From Eledone cirrhosa (lineage: Eukaryota), in NCBI GenBank assembly GCA_964016885.1, contig OZ024741.1, forward strand, positions 330,770,001 to 330,834,000: DNA of 64,000 bases, given 5' to 3'. Below are positions 1-13,589 of this stretch, piece after piece. The stretch's first letter is position 1; each line of letters starts with the position of its first letter. The notes beneath the pieces are model-generated. The model did not search any database. It had not been told where the DNA came from and saw only the letters and a program-made list of their open reading frames with translations. The position numbers and the translations under genes were made by a program.

Positions 1-1160
1 GACCTGGTCAATTAATTTAATGTTCTATAGTTTCCCCTATCTAGTACATCTCCTTTACCCTTGTAGCAGTTAATGATGATGCTGCTACGCCAGTCATTTG
101 GTATGACCTGGTTTACTATCCGAGTGACCAGTGTGTCCCACCATTCCAGATGCTTTCAGCATTTCAGCAACTATCACCGAAGGCCCAGCTGCCTTGCCAG
201 TCTTCATATCTTTGATTGCCTTACTTACTATGCTACCTTCAACTTGCACTGCTGGTCCCTCTATTGGATCGTTGTGGGGCAGATCTTTTTCCCATTTATT
301 CTCCTCATTTAGTAGCCTCTCGTAGTGACACTTCCAAGCTACCTTCTTATCAGCATCAGTGATTGCAAGTACACCATCATCATTACGGACACACTTCTCC
401 CCGACAATATCACTGTTTTCCTTGACACATTACCTAGCAATCCTGAACTCCTCACGTAGAACATGCTTGAACTTTCTTTCCTCTGCTTCCCTTCTTGCAA
501 AGTACACTTCACTCCTGGCCACTTGATAGTGTTCTCTATTTCCCCCATCCCGCCATACTTTCCAAGCTTGCTTTTTGGCCTTGATTGACTCCTCCACCTT
601 ACTGTTCCACCACCATGTTACTCTCCTCCTGCCTATAGGTCTGCTCCAGCCACAGATTTCATCTGTCGCCTTCAGCAGGTTAACTTTCAGGAATTCCCAC
701 TGTTCTTCTATACTGTACATCTCTAATTGCTCTTCCTTACTGTCAAAAGCATCAAGTAATATGCTTTTAAATTTGTTACTGGCTGTGGGGTCCTTTAACT
801 TCCATATTCTTCTCCTTAGGGTAGTACTCCTCTGTTGTCGAGTACGTCTCGTCCTGACTATGAGGCTATGTTGGGAGGTGCATTCTTCATGGGGGAGGGA
901 TTTAGTGTTTACAACAGACTCTCTGTCACATCTTCTGGTAAGGACTGACTGGTGTGTTCCCCTGATCTATAGGTGATCAAGTGATTGTCTCGTTTTTTGA
1001 AGTTTGTGTTACAGGTAGTTAGGTTATTAGCGTCACAGAATTCCAGGATTCTGGAGCCATCCTCATTTTTAGTACCAAACCCATCGCCTCCATGGATTCC
1101 GTCATAGCCGTCACAATGTTGTCCAACATGACCATTTAGGTCGCCGACAATAATTATGTG
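1..1160 (-). mobile_element. Degenerate RTE-group LINE fragment (endonuclease-to-RT region), frameshifted
   Basis: 1-430 closely matches the LINE copy at 42900-43332; minus ORF 430-720 (WWWNSKVEESIKAKKQAWKVW) is typical LINE EN-RT linker sequence; runs off the window edge. Confidence 0.85.
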
Positions 1161-2017
1161 TTATCTGCAAAATCTATTAAAGCTATCAGCTTATTTTGCT
1201 CCAGTACTGAGTGAATAAATGTTACTGAAGATGTATAAAAATACTGAAATACAAGGGTTTAGCATTCTCACATGACTACTGAGATAGCTGTGACATGATT
1301 ACAGCTTAAAATACTTATGGTCACATTTGTGTTGCATTATCATCATCATAGTTTAACATCTGTCTTCCCTGATAGGTAGGGTTGGATAGGTTTTCATAGA
1401 CCATGTCAGTACTCAAATGAAGCTGCTGACCTCTTAGATAAGTTGGGGGACCTATATTTAGCTTACATATGTTTCTGTGCTCTACTGAGTGCATTTTATC
1501 TGGGCACCAACAGTAGGGAGGTTGTCATGTCTTTGACACAGCTGAAAAGTCTTTCCAAACTTTTTTTTGGCAGGTTTTTTTTTTTATCACAAATTACTTT
1601 ACATAGTGTGCTGGGTGCATTTATCATGTAAATCACCAACACTTGAGAGGTCATGTCTTTGACCCAAAAGAAGGGTCCAAATCCTTTGTTTATCAGGCTT
1701 TCTATAGCTAGATGCCTTTCCTAACACCAACCACTTTACAGTATGTACTGTTTGTTATATATAAACATATTGTAGTATATACTTTCATATACACCTAAGC
1801 ATGGAAAAGCAGATGAACTATGAAGGAATGATGCTAAAGTTGTGAAATCTTGCATGCATTAATTCCAACTCTTCTTATTAATAACTGCAATGTTTCTTTC
1901 CAAGGACTATGTTGAAAAAAATAAACCTCATTTGGTCATTCCATGAGAATATCATAGTCAGCCTATGAACCTTTCAGCCAACCCTCGGTTATATTTTTGT
2001 TTCCTTTTTTTTTTTAG

Positions 2018-2264
2018 TGCTTTGGATTCTGAAAGTGAACATGTTGTCCAAGAAGCTCTGGACAGAGTAATGGCTGGCCGCACAGTAATAATTATTGCTC
2101 ACCGTCTCTCCACAATTCGCAATGTCGATCGTATCGTTGTACTGAATGATGGAATGGTAGTTGAAGCAGGAAACTATGAAGAATTGATGAAGATACCTGA
2201 CGGAATATTTCAGAAACTAGTTGAACAACAAACTTCACCTGTTGCATTGACCTCTGACATATAA
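2018..2264 (+). CDS. ABCB10: Terminal coding exon of an ABCB-family half transporter, most similar to mitochondrial ABCB10
   Basis: Poly-T/AG acceptor at 2016-2017; (S)[35 protein letters not shown] has the D-loop and H-loop of an ABC NBD; the tail [18 protein letters not shown] resembles ABCB10 more than ABCB8; upstream exons lie outside the window. Confidence 0.75.
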
Positions 2265-2599
2265 ACCAAAAATCAGTGTAGATATAAGCTGTCGTAATAA
2301 TGCTTTTTTTTTTTTTTTAGTGCTTTTACTAATATAATTGAAATTTAAAAAATGATTATTTTGAACCTTTTTGTTACTATATTTCCAATGAAAGACACTG
2401 CCTATTATTTTCAAATAAATTTGGAGGGATTTAGTAATATAATTGACGTTCTTATTATTAATCTGGTGTTTGAAAAAACTTAACAAAAGCTCTTACATAG
2501 AATTATGATGGAAGGTTTTTAGACAAATATATACACATTAAAACAATCAGTTTTGCATCATAGAACCAGGGGTGGCTTGGTATCAAAAGGAATAAAAGA

Positions 2600-2940
2600 T
2601 AAAAGATAACTTATTTAATAATTGGCATCAGGTGGGATGACTTCAACAACAACAAAGAAGTCTGTCAACAAACCCACCAACGTGTCTAACATCATATGTA
2701 AATGTCGACTTGGCTGGTTGGGACCCGTCACACCACTATCAAGTGACAGACATGCTAATCTGGTCCTTTATTGATACCATGGAAAGAAACAAAGAGGACA
2801 TCCGAAGATGAACTGGTGGCAGACACCTGAAACCCGTTGACAAAAGTTGGAATGAGATAATTGATAGATGCAACTGACCATGGTCATTGGAGCACTTTGG
2901 CTACCTCATGCATCTCAAGATGCAGAGCTTCTAAGTTTAA
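2600..2940 (+). mobile_element. Highly decayed RTE-type LINE 3' fragment
   Basis: Broken remnants resembling the RTE C-terminus (GIRWDD..., CRLGWLG...); boundaries approximate. Confidence 0.4.
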
Positions 2941-3267
2941 GATATACTATAAAAAGGAAACATGAGAATGAGGGCTGAAACAATTAGATTAATAATGAGA
3001 ATGTTAATTATATTATTAAATCTTTCCAAAATGTCTTTTATTAGAAATATGGTAACAAAAGGATTATAAGAATTATGAATTCAAATTTGATCTCAATACT
3101 GTAGTTAAATCTGAACATAGTAAATATTTGGCATTCACCTAGATGTCATCACTACTTTCTATATTTGTAATATTATAAATAGGTCCTTCTTGGTAAGCTG
3201 ACTTTACAACTAGGTTTTCATTTACACTTGCAACTATTTACATTTATTATGTCACATGAATTTACAC

Positions 3268-3680
3268 GGTGGATTGGCAGTCTCAGTAGAGTGTTGGACA
3301 TGCTTTGCGGCATATAGTTATGTTCTGATTTCAAATCCTGCCAAGGTTAGCTTTGCCTTTCATCCTTACTGAGTCGATAAAATAAAGCGCCAGTAACATA
3401 CTGGGATCTATTTAATCGATTTTCCTCTCCCCATAAATTGTTGCCTTTGTGCCTAAATTAGAAATAATTGGCGGGGCAGTATTGGTAGAGCATCAGACAT
3501 TTTACAACATATAATTACGCCCCTTTACGTTCTGAGTTCAAATCCCACCGAGGTTTGCTTTGCCTTTCATCCTTATGCTGTCGATAAAATATAGCAATAT
3601 AGCACCAGTAACGCACTGGAGTCGCTTTAATTAACCCCCCCCCCCCCCCCCCCACAATTGTTGGCTTTTTGTCACAACTC
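3268..3680 (+). mobile_element. Two tandem tRNA-derived SINE copies (probable Meta/MESC-type core)
   Basis: Each has a B-box-like gttcaaatcc followed by the core ctttgcctttcatcctt...gtcgataaaat...accagt; the same core recurs at ~7030-7240, 8690-8845, 12600-12690, 13590-14190, 18936-19085 and 23340-23510. Confidence 0.7.
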
Positions 3681-5009
3681 TCCTCTAAAGGTTTAAAACT
3701 ACATGAAGATAGATTCCTCTGTAGAGCATTATCTCATACAAAAAGATCCATTTTGAAGAAACTCATCACGACCAATGTTTTAAATTTCAGTTATTTTGAT
3801 AGGGGTAAAAAATATTTTCAATATTCTAAATTTTTTGTGTAAACTTCTCATATTTCTGGAGAGAATTGGTGAATGTTACTGTAGAAAAATGTTTTTATTA
3901 AAAAATATAATATAGCTTACAGAAAATCGTCTTTGGAATCAATAAAACATATATATTTTCTAATATAAAAAATGTTTGCTGATTTTTTTTTTTTACATAG
4001 ACATTTATTAAAAGTTCTCTACTGTCTGTATTTATATTTAACAAAATCTGTGTTCCTGGCTTAGAATAAGTATACTTGTAGCAGGCAACTAAAACTCAAA
4101 AATGACCCCATGGTGAGCATGAAGCTTTTCATAGAGCTGACCCCTGCTTGAGCAGCGAAAATAGCTTTAAAATGCTTGATATTTATCTAAAAACCTGCTA
4201 TCATAATTATATGTATGAATTTTTGTTTCAAACATCATCTTGATAATGATAAAGTTATATCACCAACTAATTCAAATACTTAAAATTATAGGCAGGGTCT
4301 TTGGTTAGAAATATGGTGACAAAAAGATTAACTTCAATCTGTTCATTGCTATAGAAAGCAGAAACAAATATTAGTCCTACAGATCCATGGAATTTGAAAA
4401 GGATCAGGTAACTCTTTTTATTTAACTAAGAAAATTAGTCAGAACAGAGAAACAAAAATATTGATAGAATAATCAAATGTTTATTATTGATATAGAAAAA
4501 TAATGTATATATAGTTTACCATATGTACAAATGTCATACATACATACAAGTAATAAGATGTAATAAATATATGGCAAGGTTATGTCATAATTGAGATAAA
4601 CCCATAAGACGAACAAATTTTTCATCCACATAATACCAAGTTGTTGTTCAATCTCTGTTGGTTATGATGATGAATGTTCCTATTGTTTGATCAACAGAAT
4701 CTGCTCACTAAATTAATGTGCAAGTGGCCAAGCATACCATAGTGTGACAAGCCTCCCTCCTTAAAATTACAGCTGAGTGGACTAGAGCAATGTGAAATAA
4801 AATGTATAGCTTAAGGACACAATGCACTGCCAGGAATGAAACTCATGATCTGTATGATCATAAGCTAAACATCCTAACTACAAACTTTCCCAGAATCCCA
4901 ATTAGATTATTATTAATCTATTTATAATTCCTTAAAGGTATACTGATTATTTTGTATTTTACTAAGGATGAAGACAGCCAGTGTTCACAAGCACCAATTC
5001 TTTCAGACT

Positions 5010-5245
5010 AGAGAGATGAGATCAAGGAAGTTGATTCTCAACTACAACTTCTGATGGTTGAATTCTGAAGATCAAGGCAGTTGACTTTCAACTGTAACGT
5101 CTAAGTGAAGGTTGAGGTCTGCAGAAGATTAAACGTAGTTGAACCTCAGCTGTAACTTCTGAAGGTTGAGGTTCACAGAAGATCAAGGCAGTTGATCCTC
5201 AACTACAACTTCTCAAGGTTGAAGCTTGCCAAAGGATTAAACATG
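5010..5245. repeat. Diverged minisatellite
   Basis: Recurring gaagatcaaggcagttga...caact(a/g)caacttct...aaggttga units. Confidence 0.7.
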
Positions 5246-6307
5246 GGTGGAGAGAGATTTGCGGAAACTTCTAATGATTATACAAAAGATTGGAAGAAGT
5301 GGGAACATGAATTTTACAGTCAGTAGATAACGAGAGAGCTACTACTCACCCCCCCCCCCCCCCCCAACATACACAGTTGTTTGTACTCAGATATACACAA
5401 CAGATTAAATGTATAGCACAATTTACTTGACACAAAACAGACAACTGATTACATACACAATGCACTATAATACATACTAACAGAATTATAAGCAATAGGT
5501 CTCCTTATAGCAAAGGATTGTAAACTTCTCCCATTCCAACTAAATAAAAAAGCCCTTATCACTAGAAATATTTCTGAATAAATTACATTCAATTTTAAAT
5601 AACCTAAAATTGATGTTGCTATGTCCTTCCACTGTTAATGTTGCTATTACTGTCCTTCCACTGCTAATGATAGTGTTACTGTTATGTCGTTCCACTGTTA
5701 ATGTTACTATTGGTGCTGATATTACTATTGTTTCTATGTCATTACATTGCCAGTGTTAAAGTTGCTATGTCTTTTCACTGCTACTGATTTTTTTGGCTCC
5801 TGGTTTATTCAGAGATTGTCAATACCAATTGTTCCACCCTGTCTGAAATACATCACTAGAACCAGGTATAAGGCACTGGTGTTCAGAAAAATATACTTTG
5901 GAAAAATAAATGGAAAAAGAAAAGATTACAAAGCTGTAAAATATCTTATGTGACCAAATACTTTAGTGTAACCAGTAGCAGATAGGTACTGTTGGTCATA
6001 TGTTTAGCCCTTTGAAAGCCAGCTCTGGTTTTATAGAATAAAATCACCCATTTTAAAGGATTCCTCTTTAAATTAAAATCTTCCAACATAATTTTTATAT
6101 AAGAACCTAAAATTCTTCAATAATTAATTTAAATAGAGTTTAATTTAAATTGGAGTTTACCCAATGAATTTGGGGAACAGCTAAAAATTAAAATAAAGCG
6201 AGTCAAAGTTTAGTTAAAACCTCCAAACAAGAACATCCACATCCAGCATATCGCTTATAACAAAGTGGTGCACACTGGGTGGCAACAATAGAGATGTGGT
6301 AATGTAT

Positions 6308-6445
6308 TTAGTCAAAATCTGGAATGTCTTCAAACGAATAGCCCTCATAACCTTTGTAGGCATAATATGCTATCATAACGTGGTAGGAACCTGGGATGAA
6401 CATGAGAGATCCAAGGATAAGTAGTGGCCAGGTGCGATCAGAGTA
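6308..6445 (-). CDS. TMEM230: TMEM230 last coding exon
   Basis: [45 protein letters not shown] matches the TMEM230 C-terminus (..[29 protein letters not shown]); AG acceptor at 6446-6447, phase 0. Confidence 0.93.
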   Translation of the reverse strand, partial: YSDRTWPLLILGSLMFIPGSYHVMIAYYAYKGYEGYSFEDIPDFD

Positions 6446-6724
6446 CTACAATGAAAGAAAGGAAGAGAGTTATGAGGTAGTGTATGAAATGGACATAATG
6501 ATCAACAAAGAAGAGAGACAATCTGTAAGAAGTACATGAAAGAAAAATGTTTGTCATTGAACAAAGAGAAAAATGAACTTGAAAATAAAAAAAAAACCCT
6601 TGTAAATTAAACAACAAACAAATACACAGCAGGAAAATTGTGACAGTCTGTAAAAAGTCAGTAAACAAAAAATATGGTGAACAAATGATAAAAAAAACAA
6701 ACAATAAATAAAACTTAGTTTTAC

Positions 6725-6847
6725 CTCACTACTAATATGTCCTGTTAATAGCAGAGCACCAATAATGATAAGAAGGGTACCAGCAGTAAATAAGGCTGTC
6801 GCTAGAGCTATGGCTTTGTATGGAATCTTGCAAGGAGGTTTTTCAAA
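6725..6847 (-). CDS. TMEM230: TMEM230 middle coding exon
   Basis: [41 protein letters not shown]; CAG acceptor 6848-6850, GTAA donor 6721-6724; 123 nt, phase 0/0. Confidence 0.93.
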
Positions 6848-7372
6848 CTGAAATAAGAAGCAAGTAATTTATTTAAGAAAGTCAGTTGTGAGAGATGGTT
6901 AATAACAATAGTCAATATATGTTTACCTGTTCTGGTTTTATTGGATTAAGAAAGTCAGATGAGAAAGATGGTTAATAACAATAGTGAAGACATGTTTACC
7001 TGCCCTGGCTTTTAAATAGTTAAAAGTGGTTTCTAATTTAGGCATGAGGCTAGAAATCGTTGGGGGGCGACAGTCGATTATATCAACCTTCAGTACTACA
7101 ACCAGTATTATTTTATCAACTCTGGAAATACGAGAGGCAAAGTTGACCTCAGTGAGATTTGAACTCAGAACGTAAAGTGCCAGAAATACTGCTAAGCATT
7201 TGTCTGACACTCTAATGATTTTGTCAATCCATCACCCTAAGATGGTTAACAACAACAGCGAAGCTAATATATTTTTACATACTTAAGTGTTAACCTTTTC
7301 ATTACAAAACTGCCTGAAACCACCTCATCCTTTGTTCTATGATACAAGGTTGTTTATTTTTAAATGTTTACA

Positions 7373-8218
7373 TATACCACTATTAGCCGCTAAAGGGTTC
7401 TCCCTAAAAATGAAAGGCAGGTTGTATGATGCCTGCATACGAACAGCAATGTTGCATGGCAGTGAGACCTGGGCATTGTGTGCAGAGGATATACGCAGAC
7501 TAGAGAGGAACGAAGCTTGCATGCTCCGCTGGATGTGTAATAGTAATATACGTGAACGGCAAAGCATAAACGAACTAAGGAAAAAATTAGAAATAAGAGG
7601 GATCAGATGTTGTTTACTCGAGAGAAGGCTACGTTGGTATGGACACGTGATGCGCATGAAAGTCGATAGCTGTATAACAAAGTGCAGGGCAATAAAGATA
7701 GACGGTAGCCACGGAATAGGCAGACCTAGAAAAACCTGGGACGAGCTGATAAACTCCGACCTCACACACTTACACCTCTCCAAGACAATGTCACTGGACC
7801 GAGACCTTTGGCGGTACTCAGTAATAGAGAAGACCCGCCTTACCTAAATACATAGTAAAACCTACTACAGCCAGTAGGCATCTCTAACAAAATACACCCC
7901 GTCCCACCACCCCCACCCCCTTCTATGTAAAGTTATGTTGGTGCCACAACATCCAGGCCGAAACAAATAAGATCGTGTAGGTGTCACGACAAAAAAAACA
8001 CACAGTCCACGCTGTAATGTGGCCGTGTAGGCAACATGGTAAAAACCTCCCAGACCCACACTGTAAATGTGGTTGGTGTTAGGAAGGGCATCCAACTGTA
8101 GAAAGCCTGCCAGACAGTCCTATGCGAGCAAGACAATCACTCTTGCCTCAAGTGGGAATACCCCCGTCCAAACCCATGCAAGCGTGGAACACGGACGTTA
8201 AACGTTGATGATGATGAT
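7373..8218 (+). mobile_element. 5'-truncated RTE-group LINE (subfamily A) with 3'UTR and (GAT)n tail, in a TMEM230 intron
   Basis: ORF ...LHGSETWAL...RRLRWYGHVMRM...GRPRKTW; near-identical to copies at 41.1, 43.9, 45.7 and 55.6 kb. Confidence 0.92.
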
Positions 8219-8396
8219 TTATCTAAAAACCTTTTATTGGGATTTTATGTGCTCCACATCAGCTTAATAATAGGAAAATTAATTATTTTACTAAATCTGC
8301 CAGTGAAGATAATATATGTTTACCTGCTCAGGTGTTGAGATTGTTAATAATAGTTTTTAACTTTAGTACAAAGCCACTAATTTGTCTAAAAAGTCT

Positions 8397-8660
8397 AAAG
8401 TTTGTCTCGAACCCGGAGGCTCATCAGGCTGGGGCTTATCGCAATTTTTGTTGCAAGAAGTGACAGAGTACAAGACTCCAGTCCATCGCAGGGCTAAACC
8501 TCCAGCTACTGCTGATATGCATTTTCAGCAGAGTATACTGGAGCAATGTGAAATGAAGTGTTTTGCTCAAGAACACAACACACAACCCAGTCCAGGAATC
8601 AAACCCATGAAATTATGATCGTAAATCCAACACTCTTACCACTAGGCCATGTGCCGCCAC
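8397..8660 (-). mobile_element. tRNA-derived SINE (second family)
   Basis: Minus-strand tRNA-like head (gggtttgattcc) followed by gtgttcttgagcaaaacacttcatttcacattgctccag; related pieces at ~4770-4880, 16100-16200, 16995-17110 and 40905-41040. Confidence 0.6.
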
Positions 8661-8868
8661 TCTAGCAATTTGGGAGGAAGGGAAAGTGAACCTCAGCACT
8701 TAACTGGTACTTTATTTTATTGATCTTGGAAGGATAAAAGGCAAAGCTAACCATGGCAGGATTTGAACTCAGGGTAGACGCAGTCAAAATAAATACAGCA
8801 AAGCCTTCTATCTGACATTCTAATGACTCTGCCAATCTATTGCCCTTATTTTAAAAAAAGTAGACAAA

Positions 8869-8944
8869 GGTGCCTGCAGGGAATCAAACACCACATCTCT
8901 CGTATGCCAGGCAAGCACGCTTAACTGTTATGCCAAAAGGTACC
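8869..8944 (-). pseudogene. tRNA-like 76-nt sequence (decayed tRNA or SINE head)
   Basis: Acceptor-like ends ggtacct/aggcacc, A-box-like tggcataacagtt, T-loop-like gtttgattcc; stems are imperfect, so probably not a functional tRNA. Confidence 0.35.
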
Positions 8945-9396
8945 TGGCTAGAGATGGTAAATAACGATAGTGAAGATTTCAGCATCATCATCGTTTAACA
9001 TCCATTTTCCATGCTTGCATGGGTTAGATGAGTTGTCACGCTATGAGACAAGTCAGATCGGGAGACCATGTCTTGTTCATATGGATCTATATTTTGGTTT
9101 CTACAGCTGGATGCCTTTCTTAACACCAACCATGTTACAGAGTGGATTGGGTGCTTTATCTTACATGACCACTATACAGTATGGACTGAGTGCTTTTTCT
9201 CGTGTCATCATTGTAACCACTTTACAGTGTGCTTTTTCTTGTGTCACCATCACAACCACTTTACAATATTGACCAGGCGCACTTTGTCATGTCACCAACA
9301 TGATCACCTTGCAGAGTGAATATAATATATGTTTAATTGTTCTGGTTTTTAAATGGTAAATAATGATAGTGTAGATACTAGATAATATATTTTTAC

Positions 9397-9483
9397 CTGC
9401 ATGTCCACAAAGCCATCATCAGATTTATTTAGTCGCTGGTATTTAGCTGATCCACCACCACCACTGAAGAAACGGCGCGACAT
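9397..9483 (-). CDS. TMEM230: TMEM230 first coding exon
   Basis: MSRRFFSGGGGSAKYQRLNKSDDGFVDMQ (cf. KYSRLSSTDDGYIDLQ); GT donor at 9395-9396; likely UTR acceptor at ~9628 and a non-coding exon donor at ~11244; total protein 115 aa. Confidence 0.9.
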
Positions 9484-10307
9484 TTTTTCTAGTTTCGAAA
9501 TGATGCTTGTTTGTTTTTGCACTGGGTAATTGCTGGCCTTGTGCCTAAAGTAGAAACAATTATTATTATTACTACGGCGTTCTCCTTCCCTTCAAAACAA
9601 CAGTGTTAATTCTTCATTCCTGATAATCTGGAAAGAAAAAAAAATTGCTGAAAATTTTTTTACAATAAGTTGAAAACAAAAGGTTTCTCTCTATGAGTGA
9701 AAGGCTAGTTGTCTGATACATACATGCAAAGTGAAATGTTGTATGGTAGTGGAATCTGAGCAGTGAATGCAGAGGATAGATCTAGGCTGGTCAGATATGA
9801 GTTGACAATGCTCTGATTGATTGTAATCTTAGTGTGCATGAACAATGAACCATAGAAGAGCTGAGAAACAAACAGCATAAGAGGAATCCGATGTAGCATG
9901 CAAGAAATAAAATGTCACTGTATGAACATGTGATGTGTATGGATGATGATCGTTGGGTAAAGTGCCAAGAAATCCCAATGGAAGAAAACTGAAGTGGTGG
10001 AAACCCCAATGGAAGAAAACCGCAAAAGAGATGTCAAAGGAATGCAACAAGTGAAAGAAAGCTGTGCTGGAAAAGACCCATCTGGATGCATTTTATCATA
10101 GCACTGATACTTTCACTTTACAGAGTGTACTGAATGTGGCAACAATACTACCATCTTACAGAATGTACAGGGTGCATTTTATCAGGGCACCAGCACTACC
10201 TATTTACAGAGTCAGTGAGTGTGTATGTACGTATGTATGAACGCTTATTTGCATATATATTAACGTTTATTCGTATGTGTTTATATATATATATATACAC
10301 ACATACA

Positions 10308-10339
<32 letters not shown>

Positions 10340-10617
10340 CATACACGTGTGTGTGTGTATATAAATCTACAAATACCTGTATATTTGTACATATTTCATA
10401 CCTTATGGTTACATTTTACTTGTTATACACACACACACGAATAAAGGTTAAGACATGTTTGTGTAATTACATAATTATACTACGTAATCAATCTAATTAT
10501 GTAATAACACCAACCTGTTTTAACGTTTATCCGTGTAACATACTACCGCCATGTAATGTTTAATACTACCAACACCATAGTTTGTTGATTGAAACGATGC
10601 AAATCCAACATTCACAC

Positions 10618-10649
<32 letters not shown>

Positions 10650-11340
10650 AGGTCCCATAATTTATCGATTCGACAAAAAGAGAACGATAAAATATTTAAT
10701 GCGGTCTTCCTTTTGAAGACAGGAAAGCGTGAACTTGAGGAGATTCGTCTGCTATTTCTAGCAAGATAACCGACGGAGTAGAGTTGAGGTTACCCCAAAA
10801 TGTGGTACAAATGTAACAAATGTTACTTCGTCTTTAAACCCTTTGAGGACGATAAAAAGTATCAAAAGATACTCGACTATATATCAATCCTACAAAAAAC
10901 TATATATCATTAGCAGCACTGCTACGTCACTAAAAAAACGTTTTCATTATACAAACAAATCAGATAACGTTCACTTTCCTTTCTTCATATAATATACAAT
11001 TATTGCTGATTACTGTCATTTTACCGAAAGTGTCTATGATTCTAAAACGAAAGATTACTGTGATTTCCTTTGTAACTATGTTTATAATTCTGTTCATATG
11101 TATCTGACTTTTCGTAAATATCTGAGCATTATATATATATATCAATAAATACATGAAGTTTGGCAAGTAATTTGTTTTAGCTCCGATAATAAAAATATCT
11201 ATCCCATTAAAACAGTAGTAAGATGGGATTTACGGGATTATTTACCTCTAGAAACTTTCTTTATTCCGAGTAAGTATTAAACTTGAGACATACAGTAGCC
11301 ATGTTATATAGCACTGCATATGACGAGAACACTGGGGGGT

Positions 11341-11364
11341 CAGTCACATGACTGGCCAGGAAGT
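11341..11364. promoter_or_regulatory. Extended E-box/M-box (cagtcacatgactg) plus ETS site (caggaagt) near the presumed TMEM230 TSS
   Basis: GTCACATGAC resembles the TFEB/MITF CLEAR motif GTCACGTGAC; it lies just upstream of the putative non-coding exon donor at ~11244. Confidence 0.5.
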
Positions 11365-11892
11365 ATGGAAGATCAAACATACAACATAATAATATGAATC
11401 TTGTATATATTCTTTTTTTTTTTATATAATGCTGGCATACTCTTGTTTTCAGTCATACTGATTTATCATGTATTAGTTATATAACTCTTGAAATGTAGCC
11501 AGAGCCGGCGCTACTATCAAAGGCAAACTTAAATGCATTATAAGAATCGGACCTAGTACCTGTACTACCTGACAAAATCGGTAAACCGGTGCTTCTGAAC
11601 TAAAATACCTTGTGATATTTGTTCTACTAGAGTTTTGTCACCTTTATCGTAGTAAATGTAATAAAAGCGTAATCGACCCTTTTGCTACCATCATTTTCTA
11701 ATGAAATGTATTGTTATGTGTTTCAATTATTTTGTTTTAATGATAAAAAAATTTGGAGGAATTGAATAAAATGACCAACTTTTTCTTTATTAACCTGGCG
11801 TTTGGAACAAACCTTTCATAAAACAAAATTAAGTCTTGTATCAAAAGGGTTAACTTTTTTTGTTAGTAACCTGTAACTAATGACGCCAAGAC

Positions 11893-11906
11893 GTGCGCAT
11901 GCGCAC
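11893..11906. promoter_or_regulatory. Perfect palindromic NRF-1 site gtgcgcatgcgcac upstream of COX15
   Basis: Exact match to the NRF-1 consensus YGCGCAYGCGCR, ~200 bp upstream of the COX15 ATG. Confidence 0.7.
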
Positions 11907-11987
11907 TCAGACAAATACGAAATTGCGCGCACATACACACCCACATAAACAATCACACACGTTACATACATATAAAAAAAATAAAAA

Positions 11988-12020
<33 letters not shown>

Positions 12021-12102
12021 AGTTCCATAAGTGTATATAAATATAACTCTTGGTTGGTGCGTGTGTGATCTCGGGTACGTGACATTGGCAGGAGCATCCG
12101 AA

Positions 12103-12279
12103 ATGGCTGTAGCGATGCTTCTCTGTCGTCGTTCTCAGCTGTTACCCAGCAGGAAATATGTCCAGAATTTAGGGAAAACCCACATACAAACGAATTTCAC
12201 AGGGAAAACAATTATTTCTCGTTTCCAGAATAAATGTAAAGTAAATATTTCTCATGAACAATCACCGCCTCTGTTTCCG
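12103..12279 (+). CDS. COX15: COX15 (heme A synthase) exon 1, mitochondrial presequence
   Basis: aaaATGg start; Arg/Lys-rich, acid-poor MAVAMLLCRRSQLLPSRKY...; GTAAGT donor at 12280, phase 0, compatible with exon 2. Confidence 0.8.
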
Positions 12280-13589
12280 GTAAGTTATATTTACTGATTC
12301 TACCGTCATGTATTCGATTATGTCCATGCTGGAGCACCAACTTCAATCAATTATAGCCGACCATATCGATCCCAGTACGTTTCTTCTAGTCTGTTACTTA
12401 TTCTATCGATTATCGATCTCTATTTATCAATAATACGAGAGAATTATAGTGTTGTAAAAAAAAAAAAACTGAAAGAGAAATGTCAAAAGGTAGCTTCGCT
12501 TTCTTGAAATACTGTTATATAAGTTCTCACTGTAATATAAACTTCTAATTATATAAGCTAACTAAATGTTTTCGTTCTCTTTCATAATTGTTTCTACTTT
12601 TGGCACAAGGCCAGCAAATACGCAGTACTGGTACTTTATTTTATCGGCCCCGTAAGGATGAAAGGCAAAGTTAACTTCGGCAGGATTTGTTATTACACTC
12701 GTCTCCGTAATTGTAATATTTTATTTAATGTTTAAATAAGGGTCGTTAGTTGATAGATTTGGGTATAATTTTGAAAATGGAATTAATTTTTTTTTCTCAT
12801 GATTTTTTTTTTTTTATGTTTTGTCGTAAATTATTCATTAGCTGTGACCTCCACCCGAGAACTCAATTATACCTGTCTAAGGGACAGGTGTAATAATAAA
12901 TATTTAACCGTGCCTTAACGATATCCAAAATGAAATTTTGTATATCGTTATTGACGAGCTGGAAATAAAGGAAGATTATTTAGTCATTTCCTTAACACCT
13001 TTCTGTAGATTGCTCCATTTTCAATGACAAGAAGTGTGTTTCAACACATGAAACTTCCTTCAATACCTGTGTTGGAACTCAGTCGATTGCGACGAGGAAC
13101 GTTTTAGTTGTTTGACCAACAAATTTCAATTTAGTTATATAATCATGATGTTTCACATATTCGTGGAACCTTATAAATATAACACAAAAATATACAATCA
13201 TAGCGAAAAAACCCCACCACCAATTCGACACTAAATGCGTCAATCGGTCACACACTACAAGGGTCAACGGAATGTCTCACTAATACTTCTTGAGGCAAGC
13301 GAACACGCTAACAGCATTACCGCGGATGATAGTGAGGCTAAGGTACTGGAACAACCAAGCACCCTCACGGGCATCACCTTGTACCTCTGTAAGGCGAGCC
13401 GTCAGCGATGTCAGCAGCCCAGTTCCCTCGTCTTGAACGTCACAGACTGAAAGAAATAGTTTACCGATCTCGTGAACGTAACAGATACATGTACCCTACC
13501 CTTAACGTAGTTCTCAGAGAGATCCAGATTTTATTGAATATGGAGTGCTAAGAGTTAATGATGATACCATTAATGCTAGTAGTAATAAT

